This document shows, piece by piece, positions 1 to 12,220 of a stretch of 64,000 nt of DNA (positions are counted from its first letter, which is position 1; each line of letters opens with the position of its first letter). Under the pieces are notes generated by a model. The model ran no database searches, was not told the origin of the DNA, and was given only the letters and a program-made list of their open reading frames with translations. Both the position numbers and the translations under genes were made by a program. The stretch lies in contig JBEWZL010000300.1 in NCBI GenBank assembly GCA_045837725.1, positions 372,001 through 436,000 of the forward strand, read 5' to 3'. The DNA comes from Vermamoeba vermiformis (lineage: Eukaryota).

Positions 1-2512
1 TTCGAGCGTCACACTAGTCTTGTAGGTAGCCAGTGAGTACGGGTGGCTGCGCAAGAAGTTCTTGTATTCGCGTGAAGCAGCCTCGCGGAGCACGAAGAAT
101 CGAGCATCTTCGAACTGCAAATTGGCCAGTCTCTCGAACGCCTTCTTCACGAGAATGTGTTGCTTGCAATTGTAGCCTTTGACTTCAAGCTAGAATAACA
201 GTTAGATTACCTGCTTATCTACGTGCAGTACTTACAGCTAGACCTTCAACGGTGTTACTGAGGGCGTAGCTGAGGCCTGCGATATCGGCGTCATAAGCGA
301 ATCTAAGCTATTAGTTAATACACGTAGTATTATGATTGCTGTACGTACTCATTCAATGAGTCAGTCAACAGCTTGCAGAACAGCTTGGACATGACGACAG
401 CTGAGGGACTTTCATAAGCGACAGGACTGTTGATCTCAAAGTTCAAAATGGCACGAGGCAATTTGAATGTGGTATCTTGTTTGAACCACAGCTTCATCTT
501 GTTGTCACTGCGCAATAAAATGGGCACGGGCGATGAGAACTTCTCGGTGGCTTGTTTAATAGTGAAGTCATCAGGAATGAACGGGTTAGGTGCGGGTAAG
601 TGCAAGTCCTTCTCAAGCGGTGCGTTCAACCATTGCTACAAAGATGTTAGGAAACAATGCTTCAACGATGCTACCAATATTTACCTTGATTTCTTCGTCG
701 GTGATAGCCTCCTCGCTGTAATTGACCTTGTACCATCGCTCTTCTTTATCAGTCTTGCCTTCAAACTTGGTCGAGATGATGGACACACGCAAGTTCTCGG
801 GGGTGAAGTAACCGAGAGTTTGGTGGATCAACTCGGGGTCATAGTCCTCGTTCAAATGATCGCCAGCCAAGATGTATTTCTCGGGATAAACTTGCATGTT
901 TTGAGCAACAGTAGGCAAGTATCTAAAGGGCTCTTCCTTGTCCTTGAATCTGAAACCCATTTCAGCTAATTGACGGATCTGCACGGAAGTTAGTTTCAGC
1001 GTTAAACAGCCATATTAATATCACGTACTTCTCCGAACAATTGCTCAGTGACACCTTCTTTTTTGATCAAAGAAATGTATTGGAACACAATAGCGATAAT
1101 GTCGTTCACGTGCTCTTCACCTTCAGGAGTGAGGGCAACGTTGATTTTGAACAGCGCAAAGTCGCTTTCACTGGTGGTAGGGCCGGCAACGAGAGCTGTG
1201 GCCCAGCCTTTGTTCTTCAAAATCGACAAAATTGAACCTGGACCCTCGTGACCAGTCAAGTGCGACAAGTAGTGCGCTGGCTTCTTGGTGTACAAAGAGT
1301 GTTGTCCGGGGATTGGCCAGCACAAGTCGAGACTGCGCAAGTCTTGCACGGGCACAACACTGAATCTCTTTCTCAACTCGGTTTGAGTGAAGGGCTTGCC
1401 ATTGAACTTGGGCAGTGTCACGTGCTTGTTCTTGACACCGCTGAACATGTCACGTGCCCATTTTTCCAATTGGTCTAAAGGCTCTCGGCCCAAAATGCAC
1501 AACTTCATAATGTTGCTCGAGTAATAGGTCTCGTGGAACTTCAACAATTGTTCGCGAATATCACTACGAGACTTTAAGGTCTCCAAACTGCCCGTGCCAA
1601 ACTTGGAGTACGGGTGTTCTTTGCTGGCAGTCGAGTGCATCAATTGATCCTCGCGCCACAAGTCACTTTGAAGGTTCTTGCTGTGCTCTGTAGAGACGAA
1701 TTAGCCGCATCTTATTAATTTTCCGTGACGTACCGCTGTCAACAGCATTCATCTCGCGCTCAGTAGCAGATTCAGTGAATAAGGGCGCTACGAAGAACTG
1801 GGCAAATCTTGACAGATCTGCGATTAGTATGCGGTCAGACACGGTAAAGATTTTACAGTACCTGTCAAGAGCTCCTTCTAATTGATTGGCATTAATTTCA
1901 AAATAGTAGTTCGTGTCTTCTGCAGCAGTAAAAGCGTTGGATTGACCACCGTGCTAAGCAGTAAAGTTCAGTTTGTGGAGTTAATTAATGAAATACCACG
2001 GTTGTGGCTAATTACCTCATTAATGAAATCGCCGTATTCAGATTCGTTAGGATACTTCTCTGTGCCCAAAAATAACATGTGCTCTGTTCGAATTGCGCCA
2101 TGAATAAAATGAAATTCAAAAAAAATATTGGAAAATAATTATTTAAATGGCATTGCACTGAAATAATGACTCGTAGCAAATTTTGAAGATCGTTATATTA
2201 CCCAAAAAATGTGCCAGACCCGGAACTTCCTCTGGGTCGAAAAAGCTACCAACATGAACATCCATTGAAGCGCCAGCCTATAAAGCATTAGAAATAAATA
2301 GAAAATTGTAGTAACAAGAAAATCCGTTCTGATTTTACCTTTTCAGAAGCTGGATCTGAGATTAGCATAACCTGCATCTCATTTTCAAGACGGATCACGC
2401 GATACAAGCGGTCGTCGCTCTCAGGGACTAATAGCGCAGTATTTGCAGAGGCCATTGGGAGCAATGTTGTGAGGTACAGCAGAAGTAATATGAAATAACA
2501 CGTCTGTTGCAT
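1..2512 (-). CDS. IDE: Insulin-degrading enzyme/insulysin (M16A metallopeptidase), multi-exon, 3' end runs off the window
   Basis: Spliced exons give D.RLYRVIRLENEMQVMLISD, inverted zinc motif LAHFL|EHMLFLGTEKYP, GSNAFT, HPYSKFGTGSLETL, HLTGHEGPGS and LWFKQDTTFKLP. In-frame ATGs at 2512 and 2455. Confidence 0.95.
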
Positions 2513-2772
2513 CAACAACTCAAAGTTGAAAAATAGTTTAGAAGGAAATCTCAACAAAAGATTTGCCCCAACAAAGGCCTGACTTTCTCAGTGCCTATGC
2601 CTATTGTAACACTCACTTAAGTAATGTTGAGAGCTAATGCCATAAGATTATCACGGTCAGAATACGCCACCTTTTACAAAAAAGGTTTTTATTGCAGAGC
2701 TAAAACCAAAATAAATGCCAATAATCTAACACAATAGTCGTTCAACCAAGATATATAAGCTCGGTAGCACTA

Positions 2773-3739
2773 TTATTTCTTAGCGTCCTTCAAACGATCG
2801 GCAACGTTGTTCCAGTTGACAACATTCCAAATAGCCTTCAAGTAGTCAGGTCTGACGTTCTTGTATTGCAAGTAGTAGGCGTGCTAACATATCATTAGTA
2901 CCTCACGTACGAGCGCACAACTGTCGCACTTACCTCCCACACGTCGAAGCCCAAGAGGGGCACCAAGTTGTGAGTGGCCAACAAAGGATCTTGGTTGGGG
3001 CAAGCAGCGATGGCCAAGCGACCAGTGTCCTTGCTGTAGCCTAACCAGCCCCAGCCCGAGCCTTGGACAGCAACGCAGGCATTGGTCATGCGCTCAACGA
3101 GCTTCTCGTACGAGCCAAAGTCCTTTTCAATGGCTGTCAACAATTCACCAGTAGGTTTGCCGCCACCACCATTCTTCGGTGAAGCCAAGTTAGTCCAGAA
3201 AATTGAGTGGTTAACATGACCTCCACCTGTGAATTTAATAGTTAGATATGCAAGGGAAACTCGGAGATATTGAGCCAGAAAAATTCCGAAAGCAGATGCG
3301 CAAAGAAAAGAATCGTGATATTTACCATTGAATTTAATGGCACTTTGGAGGGCAATCATTTGTTGCACGTCGCGTTTTCTCTCGGCATCGGCGTATTTTT
3401 CAAGGGCAACATTCAGGTTGGTGACATAAGCCTTGTGGTGTTTCTCGTGGTGAATCTTCATAATTTCACCGCTAATAAAAGGCTCGAGGGCACCGTAGTC
3501 ATAAGGCATATCGGGGAGAGTGTAAGTCTAATTATCAAAATTAAATAAAATAATTTACAAAAATAGAAAATTTTTCAATATTATCTGGTGCTGGTCAATA
3601 CCTGAGGAGGGGCAGTAGAAAATTTAGCAGTCAAAGGGTCTTCATAAAGGCTAAGACCCAAGGCGCTGTTTGTGGTAGCCTTGGTGGACTTGGTTGCGCG
3701 CTTGGCGACGGCACGTGCGGCTTTAGCAAGGTGCGACAT
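2773..3739 (-). CDS. SOD2: Manganese superoxide dismutase with mitochondrial presequence, 4 exons
   Basis: [57 protein letters not shown]; basic Ala/Lys/Arg-rich N-terminus. Confidence 0.96.
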
Positions 3740-4049
3740 AGTATGTTCTACTGTTGATTTGATAACTGACACTAAAGAAACAATAAATTCTGCAAGCTGC
3801 ACAATGAATGACGACACGTGTTTTGAGATCCAAACAAAAATTCACCGGTGCAAAATTCACAGCCCACCCAAAACCAGCACGCTTTGTACTCTAACTAGGG
3901 TTACGGGTATCGCTAGTTGCTGCAACGATAAGTGGCTGTTATTGCCAGCAAGAAAACAAACCTTGTGCACACGAGCTATTAAAACAAAATTTAATTATCG
4001 AACAAGCTAATACACATGCATAGCAGTGAATATATCAATAACCGCAGTC

Positions 4050-7000
4050 TTATTTGTTAGCAGCAGTTTCGCGGACGACGTAGTTGAGAACACCACCGTG
4101 CTGTTATTGAACAATTAGTATTATGAACACTTTGTATTAATATCTCTATCACTTACGTTGTAGTAGATGACTTCGGATTCAGTGTCAATGCGCAACAAGG
4201 CTTCGAATTCACTAATCTTGCCACCAGTGACCTTAACCTTGACCATAGAGTTGGGCTTGATCTTGTCAGCTGGGCCCAAGTCGAAGGAGAATTTTTCTTT
4301 GCCAGTCAAGCCAAGAGAGTCGGCGCTTTGACCTTCCTTGAACTCAAGAGGGATGATGCCGAAGAGCACCAAGTTGGAGCGGTGAATACGCTCGAAGGAT
4401 TGAGCAATGACAGCCTTAACGTTGAGCAAAGCAGTACCCTTAGCAGCCCAGTCACGAGATGAGCCAGAGCCGTATTGTTCACCAGCCAAGATCACGAGAG
4501 GAGTGTTGTTTTGGATGTACTTGTCAGCAGCATCGAAGACAGACATAGTTTCACCAGTGGGGTGGTAGATAGTAACGGGACCAGGCTTGCCAATAAGCTT
4601 GTTCATCAAGCGAATGTTGGCGAAGGTACCACGAGCCATAACCTCGAAGTTACCACGGCGAGAACCGTAGCTGTTGAAGTCCTTGCGAGTGACACCGCGG
4701 TCAGTCAAGTACTTGGCAGCAGCTGAGTCCTTGGCGATGTTACCAGCAGGGGAGATGTGATCGGTAGTGACGGAGTCACCAAGATTCAACAAGCAAGGAG
4801 CGTTCTCGAGCTTGGTGAAGGCGACAGGGTTGGGCTTCATACCCTCGAAGAAAGGAGGACGCTTGATGTAAGTGGAGGATTTGTCCCAAGGATAGAGTTG
4901 CTCGCTGGAGGCCTTGAGAGCGTTCCATTGAGGAGTACCGTTGGTGACACTGGAGTAAACAGTGGTGAAGAACTCCTTGAGGACAGACTTGTTGACGACC
5001 TCAGCAATCTCGTCGTTAGAGGGCCAGATGTCCTTCAAGTAGACGTCCTTGCCGTCCTTGCCCTTGCCAATAGGCTCGGTCTCGAAGTCAATATCGACCT
5101 TGCCAGCCAAAGCGTAAGCAACGACCAAAGGAGGGCTAGCCAAGTAGTTAGCCTTGATGTTGGGGTGAATACGGCCTTCGAAATTTCTGTTGCCGGACAA
5201 GACACCGCTGACAACGAGGTCGTTCTTCTCGATGGCATTGACGATGGGGTCAGGGAGAGGACCAGAGTTACCAATGCAGGTAGTGCAACCGTAACCAACA
5301 ATGTTGAAGCCAATCTTTTCCATGTAAGGCAACAAACCACTCTTCTCGAGGTAGTTGGTGACAGTGACGGAACCAGGAGCGCAAGAGGTCTTGACGAAAG
5401 GAGCAACATTCAAACCCTTCTCGACGGCCTTCTTGGCAACCAAACCAGCACCGATCATGACGCTAGGGTTGCTAGTGTTAGTGCAAGAAGTGATGGCAGC
5501 CAAAACGACAGAGCCGTGGTGAAGTTTGAACTTTTGACCCTTGTATTCGGCTTCGACAGTCTTTTGACGTTGTTCAGCAGGGAGACCAAAGCCCTTGAAG
5601 TTGTTTTGAGGGTTGTTCAAAGCAGTGAGGAAATCAGTCTTCATCTTGCTAAGAGGAACGTAGTCGTGAGGTCTCTTGGGACCAGCCATAGCGGGAACAA
5701 GAGAGCTCAAATCAAGTTCAACGACGTCAGTGAACTTGGGATCAGCAGCGGCGTCTTGGTAGTTTCTGAAGAGACCTTGGGCCTTGAGGTAAGCTTCGGT
5801 CCAAGAGATGTGTTCAGCCTTGCGGCCAGTCATGCGCATGTAGTTGAGAGTTTGCTCGTCAACAGGGAAGTAGCAGATGGTGGCACCCATTTCAGGAGAC
5901 ATGTTAGAGATAGTGGCACGATCGGTAATGGACAAGCTGGAGATACCAGGGCCGTAGAATTCAACGAACTTGTCGACGACACCCTTCTTACGCAAAACGT
6001 TGGTGATAGCCAACACAAGATCGGTGGAAGTGACGTGAGAAGGAAGCTTGCCGGTCAACTTGAAACCAATGACCTCAGGGAGGACCATGGAAATGGGTTG
6101 ATCCATCATAACAGCTTCGGCTTCAATACCACCAACACCCCAGCCGACACTAATTCAACAGTGTTAATAAATTTGAATACAATATGAACCTAAGCACCGT
6201 GCACTTACACTCCTAAACCGTTGACCATCGGAGTGTGAGAGTCAGTACCGACGACTGAGTCGGGGTACAAGAGGCCGTCCTTGTTGAAGACAACGCGAGC
6301 CAAGTATTCCAAGTTGACTTGGTGAACAATACCAGCGCCAGGAGGAACAATGGTAAGGTTCTTGAATGCGTTGGCACCCCACTTCAAGAAGCGGAAACGT
6401 TCTTCGTTACGTTCCATTTCGAGATCGAGGTTCTTTTGAAGAGCATCCTTGGTGCCATATTCATCGACTTGGACACTGTGGTCGATAACCAAATCGACGG
6501 GGACACGAGGGTTGATCTTAGCGGGATCACCGCCCAAGTCCTTGAGAGAGTCTCTCATGGCAGCGAGATCGACAACGGCGGGGACACCAGTGAAGTCCTG
6601 GAAAAAGGTTAAATATTGGCTAATTAGCGTAGAGAGGCTGATAACGTACTTGCAAAATGACACGAGCAGGCTTGAATTGAATCTCGGTTTGGTTGGTGTG
6701 GGTTTTAGCTGATCGGAAAACACGTGAGATCAAATGTTACACAAAATCACAATTTATGAGAGGTGGTCTTATATTCGCTATTAATTCATTACAGCGGATT
6801 TCATAAAACGTGCTCACTTAAATTAAATTTATTACTTTTTGCAATATCTTTCGTAAACGAATGAATTAGTTTCCCGCGACAACGCGCATCGAGAGGTATC
6901 TGTGGCGCCTCCTTACCCAGGATAGGTGCCACGATAAGAAACGAGCACGAAAGATTAAAAGCGGGGCACAGTTAATTCACCGCTAATTTAATAAATTTAG

Positions 7001-7779
7001 TTAAATTAAGCAAATTTTTTAAATTTAGATCCGCTACTTTCGGCGACTCGTTCTCGGGCCACCAAGTACCCTTGACTTCCGCTCTTGCAGAAGTTTAGTG
7101 CACTTGGTGGCTTCTATTTATATATAGCAGTGCTTCATCTAAAAGAGGCAAGCAGACCGAGAGCGGAAAATTGTAAAATTAGCTTAATATTTAAAAAAAT
7201 TAGTTAAATTATTAATTTAAGGGAACTGAGCACGTTTTGTGAAATTCGCTGTAAAATGACGCTTACCCCAATCCAAAATGTTTTCGACATCCTTAGTGCG
7301 AACCTTCAAATTGTCGCAGTTTCGAACAGCGGATTCAAGCAAAATTCGGATAGAGTATGGGAGCTTCTCTGTAAAATTTAGCATGATTAATATAGTGCTT
7401 CACGTTATCGCGAAAACAAACCGAGTTCTTAAATAAGAATTATCAGATTCTCATTAATATCTCGTGTCTCTAGGCCTAATATTTTTGTGGCTACAATTTG
7501 CTAAAATTTTCATATAAATATTAACTTAAAGCTGCAAGTACTTCATATTGGAAGGCCTTACAAAATTTTAATTTTTTTTGCAAACAATATTTTGTATTTT
7601 AAATTACCTAAGCGGCTATCCTTCAAGTCCTTCAAGCTGTAGTAGTCGAGCTCTTTGCCACCAACATTGACCTTCTTTTTGAGGTTATTGAAAGGGTTGG
7701 TCGCGTACAGTCTTGCGGCAAGACCAGAGCGCGAAGCACCAAACTGTTTAACAGATTTGCTGGCTACAGCTCGCAACAT
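4050..7779 (-). CDS. Aconitate hydratase, AcnA/IRP1-type, with N-terminal mitochondrial-type presequence
   Basis: [79 protein letters not shown]-terminus [25 protein letters not shown]. Confidence 0.96.
6792..7251. mobile_element. Non-autonomous Tc1/mariner-like MITE in aconitase intron 2
   Basis: 25-bp terminal inverted repeats at 6792-6816 (CAGCGGATTTCATAAAACGTGCTCA) and 7227-7251, 23/25 identical, each flanked by TA; no ORF inside. Confidence 0.65.
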
Positions 7780-7997
7780 TCTTTATCAGTGCTGTTCGGT
7801 ATAAAATTTAAAAGATGAACTAAAAAGAGCCGCTCGGACAAATTTGGGTTTACTGGCTAGTTTTCTTGGGCCAAATAATCGCGGACAAAATTACGGTCAA
7901 AAATTGAACTCACGATCCAAGTCCCGAGTTTTTACCCGTCACTGAGTTTGCTGTGACATTCCGAAGGTAGCAACGAGAGTACTGTTCTTATACAATC

Positions 7998-10010
7998 ATG
8001 CTCCTTCGTTCTATTGGTAAATGCCTGCTATCAAGAAGCAAGAAGGCTAATCTGTTGTCTCAAATCCCTCTGAATTCGGTAAAAAAATCAAAATATTCTA
8101 GTATTCGTATATTTTGGATCTATGATATACAAATCGAGTATCAAAAATGTAAAATTAATTTTTAACGCTCTACAGGGTCTGGTTTCTCGACCAGTTGTGC
8201 GATCTGGACTTTTATTGAACACCTCGACCAGCAATAAATCTGCAAACCCATCAGTATCAACACGATCATTTCATTTATGCGCGACAGCATTTTCTAAGCG
8301 AACAAATATTGATAGAAGCGAACGAGAGGATGTCGAGCATGTCAAACCTGTCGAGTACGCGTTAAATGATAGCAAAACGCCGCGTTACTAATATTAAATC
8401 AGTTTTGGAAAGCCCGTGCAACGAGTGGCAAAGATCATAGCAAGTTACGGACAGTGCACCAAGGCACAGGCTGAAGTGTTGATAGAACAGGTACCTTTTA
8501 ATGAGTACACTAGGTAATTGGCTGGTTCTAATTGCATCGTCAGGGCCGAGTAAAAGTAAACGGAGAGGTTATAAAAGAAATACCAACAAAAGTTCCTATT
8601 GACAGCAAGATCTACGTGGATGATACTTTGGTACGTAGTGCTCTTCGTTCAATAGTTGTTGCTGACATTGCGTTCAGCTGAAAAAACCCAGACCACGCGT
8701 GTTTATTCATTACAAGAAGAAGATGTTCTTGGCCAAATTAAGTTTCGAGCCAGATCCAAAAGGACGACGAAATTTGTTTGCTGTCTTACAAGCAATGGGC
8801 GTGCCTAGCGTTGTTCCTATTGTATGTACCTGTACTTTAATTTTTATTACGATGCTAACCGTTGTTAGGACACATTAGATTACTCGTCTGAAGGCATCAT
8901 GTTGCTAACAAACGACAGTATGTACAAGGCACTGCTAGCCAAGACAGCAAAGGAGAATTGGCAGTGCTTGTACAAGTTAAAAGTATTGGGCGAGGTACGA
9001 TCATTGCTAGTGGAGCCTCTAACTGCGTGGACTAATTAGTGTTATTAAGGTTACCGAAAAATTTATTATGAAGTCACAGGACAAGTTGACGTATCAGGGA
9101 GAGAGGTTGCCAGGCATTAATATTAAAGTGGAAGAGCCGCCTAACGAGAAAGAGTCATCGTACACTTGGCTGACCGTTACAGCACCGGCCTCAGGTGAGT
9201 AGATAACGCACGAGAAAAAAATGACTGACTAACTTGTGTTCAGTCTCGCACGTGGCTCTCAAGGACCACTTCAAGCGCCACAACATTTTAGTGAGCAGGT
9301 TGATGCGATTGACATATGGCCCGTACTCCTTGGACAACATTAATGCTGGTGACGTGCACGAAGTACCAATCAAAGTAATCGAGAAAAACATTATCAAAGA
9401 AGGAGAAGAATTGCCAATGATTGACAATTTGACTGAAGTTGGACCAAAGAAGCGAAAGCTAACACGCAGAGAAACAAAGTTGAAGAACAAGGGTCTGTTG
9501 GATGCGCAAGAGATCAGAGAACGAACAAGATTAAGAAGCGACAATAAAGCTAAGGAGGAGACTGATGACGTGGCTGAAGAGGATGTACTGGACGAAGAGG
9601 ACTTTGAAGACGACATTGAGGACGACGAGGTTGAAGAAGTCAAGCCGCGCAAGAGTGTGGACAGGCAGAGAGACAGCAACAAGCAATTCACTCAACCAAA
9701 GAAAGCGAATGCCTTTGATAGGAACAAGCCTTTGAAAGGTCGGTTTGTGAGCACCAAGCCCTGGGAGAAGAACAGTCCAAAGAATGCTAGTCGACGACGT
9801 GATGAGGATGAAGACAATAATGAACGAGACGATGATGAAGTGTTTGAGAAGAAGGCACCTCGTCCCAGCAGAGTAAAATCAAGTTACAAACCCAGGGGTC
9901 AATTTAGCGGAGAGAGGAAGTCGTTCAAAGGAGGTCGTCAAGAGTACAAGAACAAAAAATTCAGCGGTGGTTCAAAGAAGAGAACTGCGCCACGAGAAGA
10001 CGATGATTAA
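7998..10010 (+). CDS. RsuA/RluB-family pseudouridine synthase (S4 plus catalytic domain), probably mitochondrial, long acidic/basic tail
   Basis: VQRVAKIIASYGQCTKAQAEVLIEQ|GRVKVNG (S4), GTLDYSSEGIMLLTND (GRLD-like motif, catalytic Asp kept), VSRLMRLTYGPYSL; presequence-like N-terminus. Confidence 0.85.
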
Positions 10011-10047
10011 ATAAAACATCGGTGTTATAATACATTTAATTGTCTAG

Positions 10048-10630
10048 TTATTTTTGTATTTCTTGTCGCGATTTTTCGTTCTGTCATTCTTCTTATTTTT
10101 GTTTCCTTTCAAGTACATGTGCGGATGCTCCTTTAGCACGGTAATCAACGGCCAATCTTTCGCTTCCCACGGCTCAGATGCTAGCTTCTCAACAATAGCT
10201 ACACTTCGATGCTTGCCTGAGTGGCACCCGAGGCCTATCTTGAGTTCGTTGTCGCCTGCCGGATCTTTAGTTACTCAAAGCAATTAATTGTTATCTTACC
10301 ATCATAATTATCTAGAATTTCTTGTATAAGAGCTTTCACTGTCGTATAGTATTCTTGAATTTGAGGAAGAGAAAATAACTGTTCTTGAAGATCGAGATCC
10401 AGCCCTGTCATATCTTTCAATCTTTTTCCTTCTACTTCAGGGTGTGGTAATTTTCTTAGATTAAAATTTTGATACGTATCGTCTGGCAACCCGTGTTTGT
10501 GGCCGAATGAGACAAATGTCAACGTTAATTCCTGCTCTTCAGTTGATGCCTCCATATGATTTGGGTTAATGATTTCGTCCGATAAATCATCGTTTTCATC
10601 AAAGTCTGGTTCGTTGTGTTCGTGCTCCAT
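10048..10630 (-). CDS. RapZ C-terminal-domain-like protein, 2 exons (35-nt intron 10265-10299)
   Basis: FVSFGHKHGLP, NLRKLPHP, MTGLD, IGLGCHSGKHRSVAIVE match RapZ C-domain motifs (SFGFKYG, LPNP, LTGLD, IGCTGGKHRSV). Confidence 0.8.
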
Positions 10631-10688
10631 GGGTTCAGAGATAATTAGTTTTTTGTCTTTTCGAATTTGAATTCAGCAAGACACCACC

Positions 10689-11988
10689 ATGGCGATTACT
10701 ATGCTAGATATTATTGACGACTTGAAATCAAGGTATTGAAACTATTCTTTTAGTATATTGGGCTAACGTATGTATTTTAGTCGATATTTTCAAATTTGGA
10801 CTGTTTTATGGGTTGGTGGATTTATCTCAATATTTATTGGCGTTGTATATTTAGGTACGGTATATACTATTGTTATTTTCTCGAATATTAATTGTTTTGG
10901 ATATTTAGGAGCAAGATCGGAAGTTGCAAAGCGAGAGCCGACTTGGCGAGTTTGGATTGAAAATGCCAATGAAATTCAATACCCAGATTTTCAATTTGAA
11001 ATGTTGTCAGACTCGGTGAACAACTTCCAGATCACTACGTGCAGGTAAGCGGATCTTGAGAATCTTTTCATGAAATGTAACCCTTGAATTTCTGTAGCAC
11101 TGCAGACGAGAAAACAATAGATTTAGGAGATTGTGGCGACGGAAGACCCACTACTAAGTGTGTTAAGGTAATTTTCTAATTTTCGAAAATTTATTTGCAC
11201 AAAGTGAAGTAGCTTTCGCCAATATTACATGCTGTCGCGTTTTTATTAGTAATTATATTATTATTCGAATATTTATTATTTTCTAGCTGTAAAAATTTTT
11301 GACACGATGAAAAGTTCCAAGACATTTCACGCTTGTGTTACACGTGCTTAACGATTTGACAATACAGTCCGTCAACGCTGGTCAACGCTACGCTAGCGCT
11401 ACATCTAACAAATTGTCGTGCTTGTTGGAGTGGACAGGACCCAAGCAGAATACCTCGAACGACAACTTAATGTTGTTCAAAATAGTTGGCAACGTACGGA
11501 ATAGTTCATCCGCGTTATGAAGGCTCTTAATAATAAGTATTACTTGATAGGTCCAAAAGCCTTCACTTCAAGCTTACATCAGTGCCAGTGACAACGTGTA
11601 AGTCTAATTGCCTTTTATGGTTAGATCTCGCTCTGACGTTCAATCGAACAGATTATTGGTGCTCAACAAACAAGTCAGCACTGACAAGAGCCTGCAAAGA
11701 ACAGTTGACTACAACATTAATGTCATCTACGCGACGTCAGTGCAAGACACAGGCGTGGTGAGTGCCTCGATCATCTTCGACTCGTTCAGCATCTATCACA
11801 TGGCTGAATATGACTTTTACACTGGCTGGATGACTTTTGCGGACTTTGGCGGCGTGATAATTCTCGTGACAATTATCCACTCCGTCGTCATGTTCTTCGT
11901 CTCGTGCTGCATTGACAAGAACTCTAAAGTGCTCGCTTCGGTGCACAAAGACAGCACTTATCAGAGCGTGGGCCAAGAAGGCTTTTAA
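10689..11988 (+). CDS. Two-TM membrane protein with extracellular loop, DEG/ENaC- or PAC-like
   Basis: TM1 FQIWTVLWVGGFISIFIGVVYLG, post-TM1 PTWRVWIENANEIQYP, pre-TM2 IIFDSFSIYHMAEYDFYTGWMTFADFGG, then TM2. Confidence 0.55.
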
Positions 11989-12220
11989 ACGAGAATTGTT
12001 GTGCGCTGATAGAGTTTGTGAATACTGAGTATCCCCATTTAATAAATGTGTTAAATTACCAATTAGTACTGGAGTCGTATTGAATTAAATGCCTTGCTTA
12101 AATCATTAAGCATGCTTGTTGTACTAGTTGAATACGGTGTTTTTGGGCTAGGAGAAACTGTTAGGTTTTTGTTCGTAAAATTGTCGGGTTCATTTGTTCT
12201 TTATGTAAATATTATACACC

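Noticed and set aside
4757-6187. 476-aa plus-strand ORF (also 21556-22443 and 24279-25196)
   Set aside because: Antisense shadows of strongly codon-biased aconitase and Lys2 exons; no recognisable motifs.
6955-6975. AAGCGGGGCACAGTT resembling the RNase MRP P4 3' strand
   Set aside because: No matching GAAAGUCCCC 5' strand; the segment pairs locally instead.
7128-7133. CAGTGC, possible iron-responsive element in the aconitase intron
   Set aside because: On the antisense strand and lacks the 5-bp upper stem and C bulge.
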